This document shows, piece by piece, positions 26,559-35,213 of a stretch of DNA of 40,021 bases. Source of the DNA: a virus (taxonomy: Duplodnaviria; Caudoviricetes); the IMG/VR virus record IMGVR_UViG_3300032212_000055, positions 1 to 40,021 of that record. The stretch is one strand, 5' to 3'. Below the pieces are notes generated by a model. The model ran no database searches. It had not been told where the DNA came from and was given only the letters and a program-made list of their open reading frames with translations. A program made the position numbers and the translations under genes. Numbering within the stretch: position 1 is the first letter of the stretch; each line of letters starts with the position of its first letter.

Positions 26559-27116
26559 ATGACCAAACAATCTGATATCGAAGAATGGTTTAATAAAACA
26601 TTCTGGCCCTCATATCCTCGTGAGTTGTGCCGTATGGGTAAATTAGGCAGTAAGGGTAAAGCCATGCAGTCTATGCTGAAAATTAACCCGGACGCTGACG
26701 AGAGAGCGCGTATTCTGGCCAATATGAAAGCCATGGTTCGTTATGACCTGGAATATCAGCGAAAGACCGGGGAAAAGCCGACATACTGGCGTCACTGTGT
26801 TACCTGGTTGAATCAGCGCGGTTATGATGACGAGATCGGGTCCCATGCTGACATTGAGAAAGAGAAAGCTGTTAGAGAGTTACCTAAATGCTCTACTGAT
26901 GGCTGCACAGAGACAGTACACGGCCTCAGGTTCAGCCTATGCCCCTCGTGTATCCATAAACTCAACAAACCACACTATGACCAACTTAAAGATAACCTGC
27001 ACTCAATGGGGCTGCGTAAATCTAAAGACGAAACCATGCTGCAGTTCAATAATCGCTGTCGTGCCAAATATCGTGAATTAGTCGCCTCTGGTCAATTAAC
27101 AAAAAAAATACCTTAA
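26559..27116 (+). CDS. Replication-initiator C-terminal-like domain plus Zn finger (no N-terminal HTH)
   Basis: F..TFW..YPR.....KGKA and H..TWLNQR.YDDE motifs of phage initiator C-domains; C-x4-C...C-x2-C. Confidence 0.6.
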   Translation: MTKQSDIEEWFNKTFWPSYPRELCRMGKLGSKGKAMQSMLKINPDADERARILANMKAMVRYDLEYQRKTGEKPTYWRHCVTWLNQRGYDDEIGSHADIEKEKAVRELPKCSTDGCTETVHGLRFSLCPSCIHKLNKPHYDQLKDNLHSMGLRKSKDETMLQFNNRCRAKYRELVASGQLTKKIP

Positions 27117-27121
27117 AGCTA

Positions 27122-27149
27122 TTGACTATTAACTAGCTATCATTATTAT
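27122..27149 (+). promoter_or_regulatory. Putative promoter
   Basis: TTGACT-N16-TATTAT in an intergenic gap. Confidence 0.55.
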
Positions 27150-27185
27150 AGGTAGTGAGTGTTAACTATTTTGAGGGATATGATC

Positions 27186-27455
27186 ATGAGAGACCCAGCA
27201 GAACAAGCTGACATCGAGCGTGATGTCGAAGAGCAGAAACGCACTGAGCATAACGACGCTTTACGTGCTGTCGCTTTAGAGTCGATGAACGACAAGCAAA
27301 CCTTTGTCGAGGTCTTCTCTGATCTGATGGCCGGTGATGACGAGTTCGTCGATATGGTGAACGAAGAGCTATTTAAAAAACTCTCATCAAACGATCTGTC
27401 TGAAATCCGCGACAAAGTGGTGACGCACTATGTCGAATACTGGTTGCATGGGTGA
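27186..27455 (+). CDS. Hypothetical acidic protein
   Basis: RBS GAGGG upstream of the ATG. Confidence 0.7.
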   Translation: MRDPAEQADIERDVEEQKRTEHNDALRAVALESMNDKQTFVEVFSDLMAGDDEFVDMVNEELFKKLSSNDLSEIRDKVVTHYVEYWLHG

Positions 27456-27458
27456 TTT

Positions 27459-27674
27459 ATGAAAATTAAAAACAAATTGAGTCAAAATCGCAGGGATTTC
27501 ACAGCTATCTATGAGTGTGAGCACTGTGGAAATGAAGAAAAGTCGAGCGGGTATGATGATGCCTACTTTCATCAAAACGTTATACCCAAAATGAAATGCT
27601 CGAAGTGTGGCAAATCTGCCGGTGAAGATTACGAGCCGATGGCAACCAGATACCCAGAAGGCATGCAGGTTTAA
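27459..27674 (+). CDS. Small Zn-ribbon protein
   Basis: RRDF.A.YECEHCG...GYDD..FH..VIP.MKC..CG. Confidence 0.75.
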   Translation: MKIKNKLSQNRRDFTAIYECEHCGNEEKSSGYDDAYFHQNVIPKMKCSKCGKSAGEDYEPMATRYPEGMQV

Positions 27675-27676
27675 TC

Positions 27677-28090
27677 ATGAGCCATTCGCCCATCATTATC
27701 CATAATCCCTACCAGAAACAGGCCGCTAGAAATGTGATTGATCAGCTGCCTGAAGATGGCTCGATGATGGTTAAAATCACGAAAGTTACACGCCGTCGGA
27801 CCATCGAACAAAATGCTCTGCTGCATAAGTGGATAGGCATTATCGCTGAACATGTGGGCTACACCCCAAAAGAAATGAAGGACGCGCTCAAGTTCGAACT
27901 GCTGCAAATGGAGCAATACAGAGACGTGAGAGGCCGAGTGCAGTACAAACTACCTGAGACCTCGAATATGTCCACAGCCGAACTATCGGCCTTTATGAAC
28001 GAGATAGAGCGCTGGGCTGCACAAATGCTCAGTATTCAATTGCCACACCCTGGGGATCGTATCGATGAGCAAATCAACCAAAGAAGCTGA
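27677..28090 (+). CDS. ninB: NinB-family recombination accessory protein
   Basis: RT.EQNALLH.W...IA and TS.MS..E.S.F...IE.WAA motifs. Confidence 0.75.
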   Translation: MSHSPIIIHNPYQKQAARNVIDQLPEDGSMMVKITKVTRRRTIEQNALLHKWIGIIAEHVGYTPKEMKDALKFELLQMEQYRDVRGRVQYKLPETSNMSTAELSAFMNEIERWAAQMLSIQLPHPGDRIDEQINQRS

Positions 28091-28196
28091 GCGCCAGTCG
28101 AACCGGGATAAGTTCCCAGAGATTGCTAAATTTGTTGATGAGTGCCGTAAGGTTTTCGGTAATGTGAAAGTGATTAAATTAGAGGTGAAACGATGA
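28065..28196 (+). CDS. Small hypothetical protein (43 aa)
   Basis: MSKSTKEAERQSNRDKFPEIAKFVDECRKVFG...; bridges the neighbours with overlaps. Confidence 0.55.
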   Translation: MSKSTKEAERQSNRDKFPEIAKFVDECRKVFGNVKVIKLEVKR

Positions 28197-28426
28197 AAGG
28201 TCGCACCATGACTGATGCCCAGAAAGATGAGGCACTGAAATCGAGAGAGAGCGCCCCTATCCTGGCGCGAAAGTTTGGGGTGTCATCGAATCAGATTTAC
28301 CGCTGGCGGAATGCAAATGGTTATAAGCCTGCGACCAATAAAGGCCGCAAGATTAACCCGGTATGCAACAACAGAGAGCCCAGTGACGCATTAGAGAAAT
28401 TTATTCGAGGAGGTTTCGGTGTCTGA
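28193..28426 (+). CDS. Small HTH DNA-binding protein
   Basis: LARKFGVSSNQIYRWR helix-turn-helix. Confidence 0.65.
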   Translation: MKGRTMTDAQKDEALKSRESAPILARKFGVSSNQIYRWRNANGYKPATNKGRKINPVCNNREPSDALEKFIRGGFGV

Positions 28427-28676
28427 TTATCACGAGATTACGGCTTATCTTCGAAATGCTGACGACCTGGAACTCAAGGTTAGTTTCGAATACGAACCCT
28501 ATCAGCCTGCCTGTCATGTGCCTGGGCTATTACAGCCGGAATCACCGCCTGATGTGAATATCTATCAGATCACACTAGACGATTTTTTCGAGGTATCGGC
28601 GGTATTAAATCCGCATGCCGTCGAGGATATCCGTAAGCAATGTTTTGAATACATGGAGAAAGTTAATGATTATTAA
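28419..28676 (+). CDS. Hypothetical protein
   Basis: 85 aa, GTG start after GGAGG. Confidence 0.65.
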   Translation: MSDYHEITAYLRNADDLELKVSFEYEPYQPACHVPGLLQPESPPDVNIYQITLDDFFEVSAVLNPHAVEDIRKQCFEYMEKVNDY

Positions 28677-28854
28677 AGTGGTTGCTGGTGTTTTTATTTT
28701 TGTAGGTGTCGTTTTTTATCTGGCTGCAATTCGTTGTGACTGGGTGATCGACAGGGATGAGCTGGACAAGAATTACCATGTCTTTACAGGCATCGGGTAT
28801 GGCATAGCTATCGCCTGCTTCTCTGTGGCTGGTCTTGTCGCTTATTACGGGTGA
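28666..28854 (+). CDS. Small two-TM membrane protein
   Basis: Two hydrophobic segments; RBS GGAG. Confidence 0.6.
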   Translation: MIIKVVAGVFIFVGVVFYLAAIRCDWVIDRDELDKNYHVFTGIGYGIAIACFSVAGLVAYYG

Positions 28855-29129
28855 ATGATATGAACCTACCAACAGTACGAATAGAGTTTGATATTACCAA
28901 AGCAGAAAAAACAATTGCATGGTTTTATTCTGGTGAAAAACAACCGGGTTATCAAAAAGCTAGCTTGTCGCTATTTAATGTTTTGCCAAATGGTATTGAG
29001 GCTCACCTTGCTGCTGCTGCGATGCTGTTTAAATGTCGGGGCTATTTAGCGAGAGTGGTTTTATATAGCTCACTAGGCGCTATTAGCCTACGAATTGATG
29101 ATGAATACGGATGGGGTAGGTATCAATGA
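28851..29129 (+). CDS. Hypothetical protein
   Basis: Coupled ORF. Confidence 0.5.
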   Translation: MNDMNLPTVRIEFDITKAEKTIAWFYSGEKQPGYQKASLSLFNVLPNGIEAHLAAAAMLFKCRGYLARVVLYSSLGAISLRIDDEYGWGRYQ

Positions 29130-29461
29130 GCCTAACCAACGAAGAACTAAATCGACGCTGTGCTGAGGCGATGGGGCTTGAGTACGAGGGCGCGATATTA
29201 AAATGCAAAGATGATGGCTGCTGGATTGACTGGGGTGATTGTATTGAATGGGTACGCTTCACACCAACGACTAACCGTGATCAGTGCATAGTTTTTGTAA
29301 TTAAGTTATGGGTAGTAGGCATCAAATTGAATAAATCAAAAATTGATGGCGGTTATTATGTTGATATTGCTTCATTAGGATATGCAATACACGACCCCGA
29401 TCCACTCCGCGCTATTGTCATTGCCTTTATCAAGTGGAAGGAGAGCGATTGTGGAATATAG
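29126..29461 (+). CDS. NinX/DUF2591-like protein
   Basis: ELN...AEAMG, F.PTT...Q, P.RAI..A pattern. Confidence 0.55.
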   Translation: MSLTNEELNRRCAEAMGLEYEGAILKCKDDGCWIDWGDCIEWVRFTPTTNRDQCIVFVIKLWVVGIKLNKSKIDGGYYVDIASLGYAIHDPDPLRAIVIAFIKWKESDCGI

Positions 29462-29810
29462 CGACTATAAAAACATTTGTGCAATTCTGTTTGATTCATC
29501 TAGCCCTTATTTGATTCAAAAATTAACTGAATCAGCAGACTATCAAATGGCTAAAGAGATTGACGACCTCCAAAAACAAAACGCAGCTTTGCAGGCCAAG
29601 GTTGATTCTTTAATGCTGGAATACTGCCCTGATGAAATGACGAGAGAGCAGCTTGATAATTGGGGTAAGCATCAAGAACCATCAAACAAAATTCCAGCAG
29701 ATAGAGGGCGTGATGCTGAGCGTAGAATGCGGAAAAAGGAATACACATCTAATGATGTTCTTCAAGCCAGATTAGCCGGAAAAGGAGTAGAAAATGACCA
29801 AAGAAACTGA
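29451..29810 (+). CDS. Conserved phage hypothetical protein
   Basis: LQAK.D.LMLEYCPDEMT.EQL..W..HQ motif; GTG start after AGGAG. Confidence 0.6.
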   Translation: MEYSDYKNICAILFDSSSPYLIQKLTESADYQMAKEIDDLQKQNAALQAKVDSLMLEYCPDEMTREQLDNWGKHQEPSNKIPADRGRDAERRMRKKEYTSNDVLQARLAGKGVENDQRN

Positions 29811-30075
29811 GCTTAAAAAAATAATCGGTGTTATGAACATAGAAATGATTGGTGATGTAACTGCTGACGCAATTAAATACAGCGGCATAGAACGTGGCAT
29901 ATTAAAAATGCCAGACTCTTCTATGCCTCCACTAATAGCTGTCGGTGAAAACGAAATCTACCTGCATTGCTTTACACAAACTGGTGATTACTGGGGTGTT
30001 TTCAAAAGCGATGACGAAAACCATCTATATCAACATTTGTTGAGGCTAAATACCCGCAAACCGGAGCAGAGCTGA
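29794..30075 (+). CDS. Hypothetical protein
   Basis: 93 aa, RBS AGGAG. Confidence 0.65.
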   Translation: MTKETELKKIIGVMNIEMIGDVTADAIKYSGIERGILKMPDSSMPPLIAVGENEIYLHCFTQTGDYWGVFKSDDENHLYQHLLRLNTRKPEQS

Positions 30076-30154
30076 TGAAAAAAACTATTCCCGAAGTAGT
30101 TACCGGTATATATTCGGGGTGAAACTTAAATTTATTCTATTAGGGGATGGGACT

Positions 30155-30559
30155 ATGAAAACATTATTAGATTTTGATTTGCCGGTCACGTTTTTCACTA
30201 AATCAGGTGATAAGGGCACTGTGCAATTTGTCAATGAGCATATAACCGAGAAAAATCAACGCGCTGTTGGTTATATCGATGACGGCGAAGAAGTGAGCCA
30301 GACAAGTTGGGATATTAACGGTCACTATCTGAGCACTGGCGACACTTCGAACCTTGATCTTGTTATCAATACAGAAGAACCCGACGATATCTTACTCAAA
30401 GCCGTGGTCTGCAAGACATTAGACAGCACTGTCTTTGTTAATTTTTATCTGGGTGAAGGTGATGATTATCATGCTGCTTTCGGTGGTTGCCTGAGTCTGG
30501 GTGATTGGGAACTGCTAAAAGCTCGTGTTAATTTTGACCTTGTTGAAATTGCATCATGA
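30155..30559 (+). CDS. Hypothetical protein
   Basis: ATG 30155 after GGGGATGGG; W..NG.Y.....LDL motif. Confidence 0.65.
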   Translation: MKTLLDFDLPVTFFTKSGDKGTVQFVNEHITEKNQRAVGYIDDGEEVSQTSWDINGHYLSTGDTSNLDLVINTEEPDDILLKAVVCKTLDSTVFVNFYLGEGDDYHAAFGGCLSLGDWELLKARVNFDLVEIAS

Positions 30560-31551
30560 GCAGGCCGCTGAAAAAATACGAGGCACCCATTATCGAGGCT
30601 AAAGAGCGGTTTATCGAAATCGCTCAGCAGGACGATGTGGTGTCTTTTGAAAAGGAATCAATGTTTGCCTTACAGGCGCTGCAGAAAAATGATTTCTTGC
30701 TGAAGACCGCTGAAAATAATCAGCCCTCGCTATTCAATGCGATCATTAATGTCGCCTCTGTGGGTATCTCACTCAATCCAGCCTTAGCCCATGCCTACCT
30801 TGTACCGCGTGACGGCTCAGTCGTGCTGGATATCTCTTATCGCGGCATGATTCAAATAGCCACTGATACCGGGTCGATTCTCTGGTGTCGTGCTGACGTG
30901 GTCTATGAAACGGATAATTTCGAGTACAACGGCAAGTTTGAAAAGCCGATTCACAAAAAAGACCCGTTTAAGAAAGACCCCGGCGAAGTGGTCGGTGTTT
31001 ATTGCGTCGCTAAGACCCTGGAAGGTGATTATTTAGTCGATACCATGACCGTTGAAGAAATCAACGAGATACGCGACAAGACTGAAGCCTATAAGTCATA
31101 CGTTAAAAGGGGCATGAAAGGCTTTAAGCCGCCCTGGGTCACGTATTACAACGAAATGGCGAAGAAAACCATCATCAAACGTGCTCAGAAAACATGGCCT
31201 AAAACGGATAAGACCGACCGTATCAGCAAGGCGGTTGATGTTCTAAACCAGCATGAAGGCATTGATTTTGGGTCTGCCAATATTCTCGGTATGAATCTTG
31301 ATGAGCTTGTCGATATGGAAAAGGTCGATAAAAAGCGGGTCGAAAATCTAATTATCGAGGCCCGTGAAGTCATCGACGATGACGACATGGACGAAGACGA
31401 AGCACGGGACCGGCTACTTGATATCGATTCTCAGCTACTCAACGGAGAAGAGCGCACAGTCTTTGACAAGATGATGAGCGCACGCAAGCACGGAGCCAAA
31501 ACACAGCGAACCATCTACTATGAGATGATCGCGCCACTTGAAGCCAGTTAG
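30556..31551 (+). CDS. recT: RecT-family single-strand annealing recombinase
   Basis: GISLNP....AYLVPR.....LDISYRGM, VVYE.D.F, VGVYCVA, PW.....EMAKKT.IKRA.K.WP. Confidence 0.9.
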   Translation: MSRPLKKYEAPIIEAKERFIEIAQQDDVVSFEKESMFALQALQKNDFLLKTAENNQPSLFNAIINVASVGISLNPALAHAYLVPRDGSVVLDISYRGMIQIATDTGSILWCRADVVYETDNFEYNGKFEKPIHKKDPFKKDPGEVVGVYCVAKTLEGDYLVDTMTVEEINEIRDKTEAYKSYVKRGMKGFKPPWVTYYNEMAKKTIIKRAQKTWPKTDKTDRISKAVDVLNQHEGIDFGSANILGMNLDELVDMEKVDKKRVENLIIEAREVIDDDDMDEDEARDRLLDIDSQLLNGEERTVFDKMMSARKHGAKTQRTIYYEMIAPLEAS

Positions 31552-31560
31552 GGGGTTATC

Positions 31561-31719
31561 ATGGAAATTATCATTTTTATTATTGGTTTGGTTGTCGGTT
31601 CAAATACTAATGAGCCAGTGCCATTAGACCTGGAACACGTCACCTATGTTGAGCAGAACGCATACGGTGAATACTGGAAACCCATCACACCGGAGATACC
31701 TAAATGTACCTTGAGATAA
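31561..31719 (+). CDS. Small protein with hydrophobic N-terminus
   Basis: 52 aa, MEIIIFIIGLVVG...; G-rich RBS. Confidence 0.45.
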   Translation: MEIIIFIIGLVVGSNTNEPVPLDLEHVTYVEQNAYGEYWKPITPEIPKCTLR

Positions 31720-32219
31720 GACCTGTTATAAAAAACATCAGTGCACGCTCATTGGGCAGTGAAGATGACAAGCACGTCTGGGCTGATATCAAAATGATGG
31801 CCTCACTCAGTGCGACTGGGCTGGATCAATTCGCCATTAAAGATATGTTCAGCAATCAGCTCTGGCTGGTCGACGGTGAACCCAAATTCAGCGAACTGGA
31901 TGGGTTTAAGCTCAAGCGTAAGTTTGAAAACATCGATGCTTATTTCTCAGGTGTTGATTTCGAAGAAAGTGAGCGAAACTTTCTCGAAGCGGTCGAGGCC
32001 GGTGATTTCGATACGGCTATCAAAGGCCAGCTTATCCCCTGTGAGAGCGGCTATCTTCAAAAGATCACTTTCGATGTGATGTCAGGTAATTCAGCGCTGG
32101 TGGAAATGACCTACAGCGCTATGATGCCCGGTATGCAAATCGGCCAGATGATCGATCGCTTTCTAAACGAGCAGATTTTTATTCTGCTGTATCAAAAACA
32201 GGAAGAAATGGAACTGTGA
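31704..32219 (+). CDS. Hypothetical protein
   Basis: 171 aa, RBS GGAG. Confidence 0.7.
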   Translation: MYLEIRPVIKNISARSLGSEDDKHVWADIKMMASLSATGLDQFAIKDMFSNQLWLVDGEPKFSELDGFKLKRKFENIDAYFSGVDFEESERNFLEAVEAGDFDTAIKGQLIPCESGYLQKITFDVMSGNSALVEMTYSAMMPGMQIGQMIDRFLNEQIFILLYQKQEEMEL

Positions 32220-32527
32220 GATACAGCGCCAAAACTGACGATAACCACATGGACGTGGTCAAGCGCTTTAGAGAGTACGGCTGCTCTGTACTTGACGCCT
32301 CGCGCATGGGAAAAGGATTTCCTGACATCATCGTCGGCTATCGGCATGTTAATTATTTGATCGAGATCAAAGACGGTAAAAAGCCACAAAGTAAACAGAA
32401 ATTAACCCCAGATCAGGTGGTATTCTTTGATACCTGGAAGGGGCAAGTGCAAGTTATCAACAGTCTCGAAGCTGTGGATAAGTTTATGGTGAGGGTGAGA
32501 CATGAGACCAACAGAGAAACTTTATAA
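32216..32527 (+). CDS. VRR-NUC-like PD-(D/E)xK nuclease / resolvase
   Basis: D.N...V, GKGFPDI.VG, LIEIKDG.K....LT.DQ..F...W.G. Confidence 0.8.
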   Translation: MRYSAKTDDNHMDVVKRFREYGCSVLDASRMGKGFPDIIVGYRHVNYLIEIKDGKKPQSKQKLTPDQVVFFDTWKGQVQVINSLEAVDKFMVRVRHETNRETL

Positions 32528-32825
32528 AGGCCGTGATATCGACGGCAATCTGGTAGAAAAATCACTGCCTGAGTGGGAGCACTACCGGGCAATTACTGAG
32601 GGCGTGACGATCAGCTGCAATGCCATGTATTACCGCATTCGAGGCAGCACAGGCGACTGGGATGAAATCAGCGCCACAGGTGCACACAGCAATGAGACCC
32701 GCGCAGACTACGAGCAGCGCATTGCTGACAGTCAGGGGAAAATGTCGATTTATCAGGGTTACCGTCAGTTTGTCCACGAAACCCCGGCTATCTGGAATAA
32801 AGATGCTAAAAAGACCCGTCATTAG
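32502..32825 (+). CDS. Hypothetical protein
   Basis: 107 aa, overlapping neighbours. Confidence 0.55.
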   Translation: MRPTEKLYKGRDIDGNLVEKSLPEWEHYRAITEGVTISCNAMYYRIRGSTGDWDEISATGAHSNETRADYEQRIADSQGKMSIYQGYRQFVHETPAIWNKDAKKTRH

Positions 32826-33114
32826 ATCGAACAAGGTTAGGGAGTCAGCGCGTGACGAAGCCTGCACGCTGAATGGCCCCAACTGTAATTATGATTCGCA
32901 GACCACGGTATTCTGTCACCTCAATGAGCAGTTTGCCGGTAAGGGTATCGGTATCAAGGCAGATGATATCGGGTTTTATGGTTGTTCAAATTGTCACAGC
33001 GATTACGATGGTGGACGACTCGAAGACAAATATTTTTATGTATTGCGCGCTGTGGTCAGGACACTGCAGCGATTAGTGGAAAAACAAATCATTACTATCA
33101 AGGGCATGAGATGA
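32803..33114 (+). CDS. DUF1364/YbcO-like Zn-binding putative nuclease
   Basis: SAR.E.CTL....C.....TTV.CH......G.G.K.DD....GCS.CH..YDG. Confidence 0.8.
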   Translation: MLKRPVIRSNKVRESARDEACTLNGPNCNYDSQTTVFCHLNEQFAGKGIGIKADDIGFYGCSNCHSDYDGGRLEDKYFYVLRAVVRTLQRLVEKQIITIKGMR

Positions 33115-34067
33115 GACATCGCATAGTATCAATGTCGGGCGGCAAGGATTCGACAGCTGTCATACTGCAGGATATTGAGCGCGGTTTAAAAGCCCGTTAT
33201 ATTTTTGCAGACACTGGCAATGAGCATGAATTGGTCTATGAGTACATGGAATATCTGCAGACTCAGCTAGGCATTCAAATTGAAACAGTAAAGGCCGATT
33301 TTACAAAAAGATTGGCTACTCGTCGCGCCAATCTCGAAAACACAGAATCATGGGTTCACAAACAATGGATACTCGCTGGCTGGGAAACTGAGGAAATCTT
33401 GGAGCTGGCTAAATTGATCATTCCTACAGGCAACCCCTTCCTTGATTTATGTATGTTAAAAGGCCGGTTTCCATCGACCAAGGCATCATTTTGCACGATT
33501 GAGCTAAAGCAAATTCCTATGAGGCAGCAGATAGTTGATCCGATACTGGATGCCTCAGAAAAAAATATCGTTATTAGTATCCAGGGTGTCAGAGCTGATG
33601 AGTCGTTAAAGCGTGCAGGACGCTCACCCTGCGGAATGATTGACGAGGGCATATACCACCAGTACCCCATATTCCAGTGGACCGCTGAGGAAGTATTCGC
33701 CATTCATAAAAGACATTTCATTAAACCGAACCCGCTTTATAAAATGGGTTGTGGCCGTGTTGGCTGTATGCCTTGCATTAATGTTAGAAAAGACGAATTA
33801 ATGAATATTTCGCATCGATTCCCAGAGCATATCGAGCGCATTGCAGAGTGGGAAAGGATTGTCGCCAGGGTATCGAAGTGCAATGCTTCGACATTTCTTC
33901 CAGCCATTGGCATTGACACTGAAAACGCCATGGAAAAAGGCAATATTTACCAGCATGTTGAGTGGTCAAAAACCTCGCGCGGCGGCAAACAAATGGATTT
34001 AGAGCGCATGCTTGAACCACCGGCCTGCTCTAGTGTTTACGGACTATGTGACAAAGGAGATTTATGA
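33111..34067 (+). CDS. PAPS-reductase-family (PP-loop) protein, phage type
   Basis: SMSGGKDS, FADTGNEH, KGRFPS....FCT.ELK, GVRADES..RA, NPLY..G..RVGCMPC, CSSVYGLC. Confidence 0.85.
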   Translation: MRHRIVSMSGGKDSTAVILQDIERGLKARYIFADTGNEHELVYEYMEYLQTQLGIQIETVKADFTKRLATRRANLENTESWVHKQWILAGWETEEILELAKLIIPTGNPFLDLCMLKGRFPSTKASFCTIELKQIPMRQQIVDPILDASEKNIVISIQGVRADESLKRAGRSPCGMIDEGIYHQYPIFQWTAEEVFAIHKRHFIKPNPLYKMGCGRVGCMPCINVRKDELMNISHRFPEHIERIAEWERIVARVSKCNASTFLPAIGIDTENAMEKGNIYQHVEWSKTSRGGKQMDLERMLEPPACSSVYGLCDKGDL

Positions 34068-34477
34068 AAACAATATTACTCTCAGGCGGCTTCGACCCTC
34101 TCCATATCGGCCATGTACGCATGATTAAGGCTGCGTCACGTCGCTGTGAGGTGATTATCGCCTTAAATTCCGATGACTGGCTGATGCGCAAGAAAGGCTA
34201 TGTATTCATGCCTTTTGATGAGCGTAAGGAAATACTCGAAAGCCTGGAAGCGGTATCAGGGGTCACTCACGTCGATGACAGTGACGAAACCGTCTGTGAA
34301 GCTATTAACAGAATACGCCCTGATTGTTTTGGTAACGGTGGTGACCGGCTACCCGGTAACACGCCAGAACACGAACTTTGTGAAAAACTGAGCATTCACC
34401 TCGTCTATGGTTTAGGGGGTGAGAAAATCCAGTCAAGTAGCGAACTTGTTGATAATGCAGAGGTATATCATGGATAA
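34064..34477 (+). CDS. HIGH-motif nucleotidyltransferase (TagD / RfaE-domain-II-like)
   Basis: SGGFDPLHIGH, LNSDDWL.RKKG, F.NGGDR...NTPE, K.QSSS. Confidence 0.9.
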   Translation: MKTILLSGGFDPLHIGHVRMIKAASRRCEVIIALNSDDWLMRKKGYVFMPFDERKEILESLEAVSGVTHVDDSDETVCEAINRIRPDCFGNGGDRLPGNTPEHELCEKLSIHLVYGLGGEKIQSSSELVDNAEVYHG

Positions 34478-34754
34478 ATTACTGCCAATTGTGCCGGGGT
34501 GTATGGCGATATATTTGCCAGAGGGTAAGGCCTACAAGGTAATAGATAGGATCGTACCCGGTGAGTATTATGCAAGGAATGAGAACACGGGTCAGTTAAT
34601 GGAGCGACTGGGCGAGGGTTACTGGCGCATCGACGCAAAACCAATATTTGAGGATGCTGAATGGACTGCCGTACATGAAAAGTATTTAATGCGCATCGAC
34701 GGCTATGACGAATCTCAAGACCTTGTCGAAAAAGGTAAGGAGTTAAGCAAATGA
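34470..34754 (+). CDS. Hypothetical protein
   Basis: PGC.A...E..LMRIDG motif; RBS GAGG. Confidence 0.65.
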   Translation: MDKLLPIVPGCMAIYLPEGKAYKVIDRIVPGEYYARNENTGQLMERLGEGYWRIDAKPIFEDAEWTAVHEKYLMRIDGYDESQDLVEKGKELSK

Positions 34755-35164
34755 ATCAGCCTGTCTTAAAAAAGATTACCGAGAACCCCTGGACCCCCAG
34801 ACCCTGGGGTATCATGCGAATCATTCACGAGGACGAGCGCTACTGGGTGAAAGTTATTCGTATCGCACCATGCCAGCAGATATCCCTACAAACACACGCT
34901 AACCGTGACGAAGTCTGGACCATTACCCAGGGCGAAGGGCTTGCCACACTGATCGCCTTTCCCAAAACATTGAAAAATGGTAACAAGATGCGGGTTAATA
35001 CCGGCCATACGGTATCAATTCCCAAAGGGGTCAAGCATCGCATCAAAAACCTGTCAGCAACCGAAACACTGGAATTTATCGAAGTCGCCACCGGGCGCTG
35101 TGATGAGGCAGACATTGTGCGCTATGCCGATGACTACGACAGGCCTGTTTTACCAGAGCCATAA
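34751..35164 (+). CDS. Cupin, mannose-6-phosphate isomerase type II C-terminal-like
   Basis: RPWG, VK.I.I.P...SLQ.H..R.E.W, IP.G.KHRI.N, EV..G...E.DIVR..DDY.R. Confidence 0.85.
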   Translation: MNQPVLKKITENPWTPRPWGIMRIIHEDERYWVKVIRIAPCQQISLQTHANRDEVWTITQGEGLATLIAFPKTLKNGNKMRVNTGHTVSIPKGVKHRIKNLSATETLEFIEVATGRCDEADIVRYADDYDRPVLPEP

Positions 35165-35213
35165 ACTGGTATAATATTAAGTAAATATTTAACGATAATT
35201 AGAGGATGGGATT

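Noticed and set aside
32473-32481. Third perfect DnaA box (TGTGGATAA)
   Set aside because: Isolated and inside the nuclease CDS; one such hit is plausible by chance
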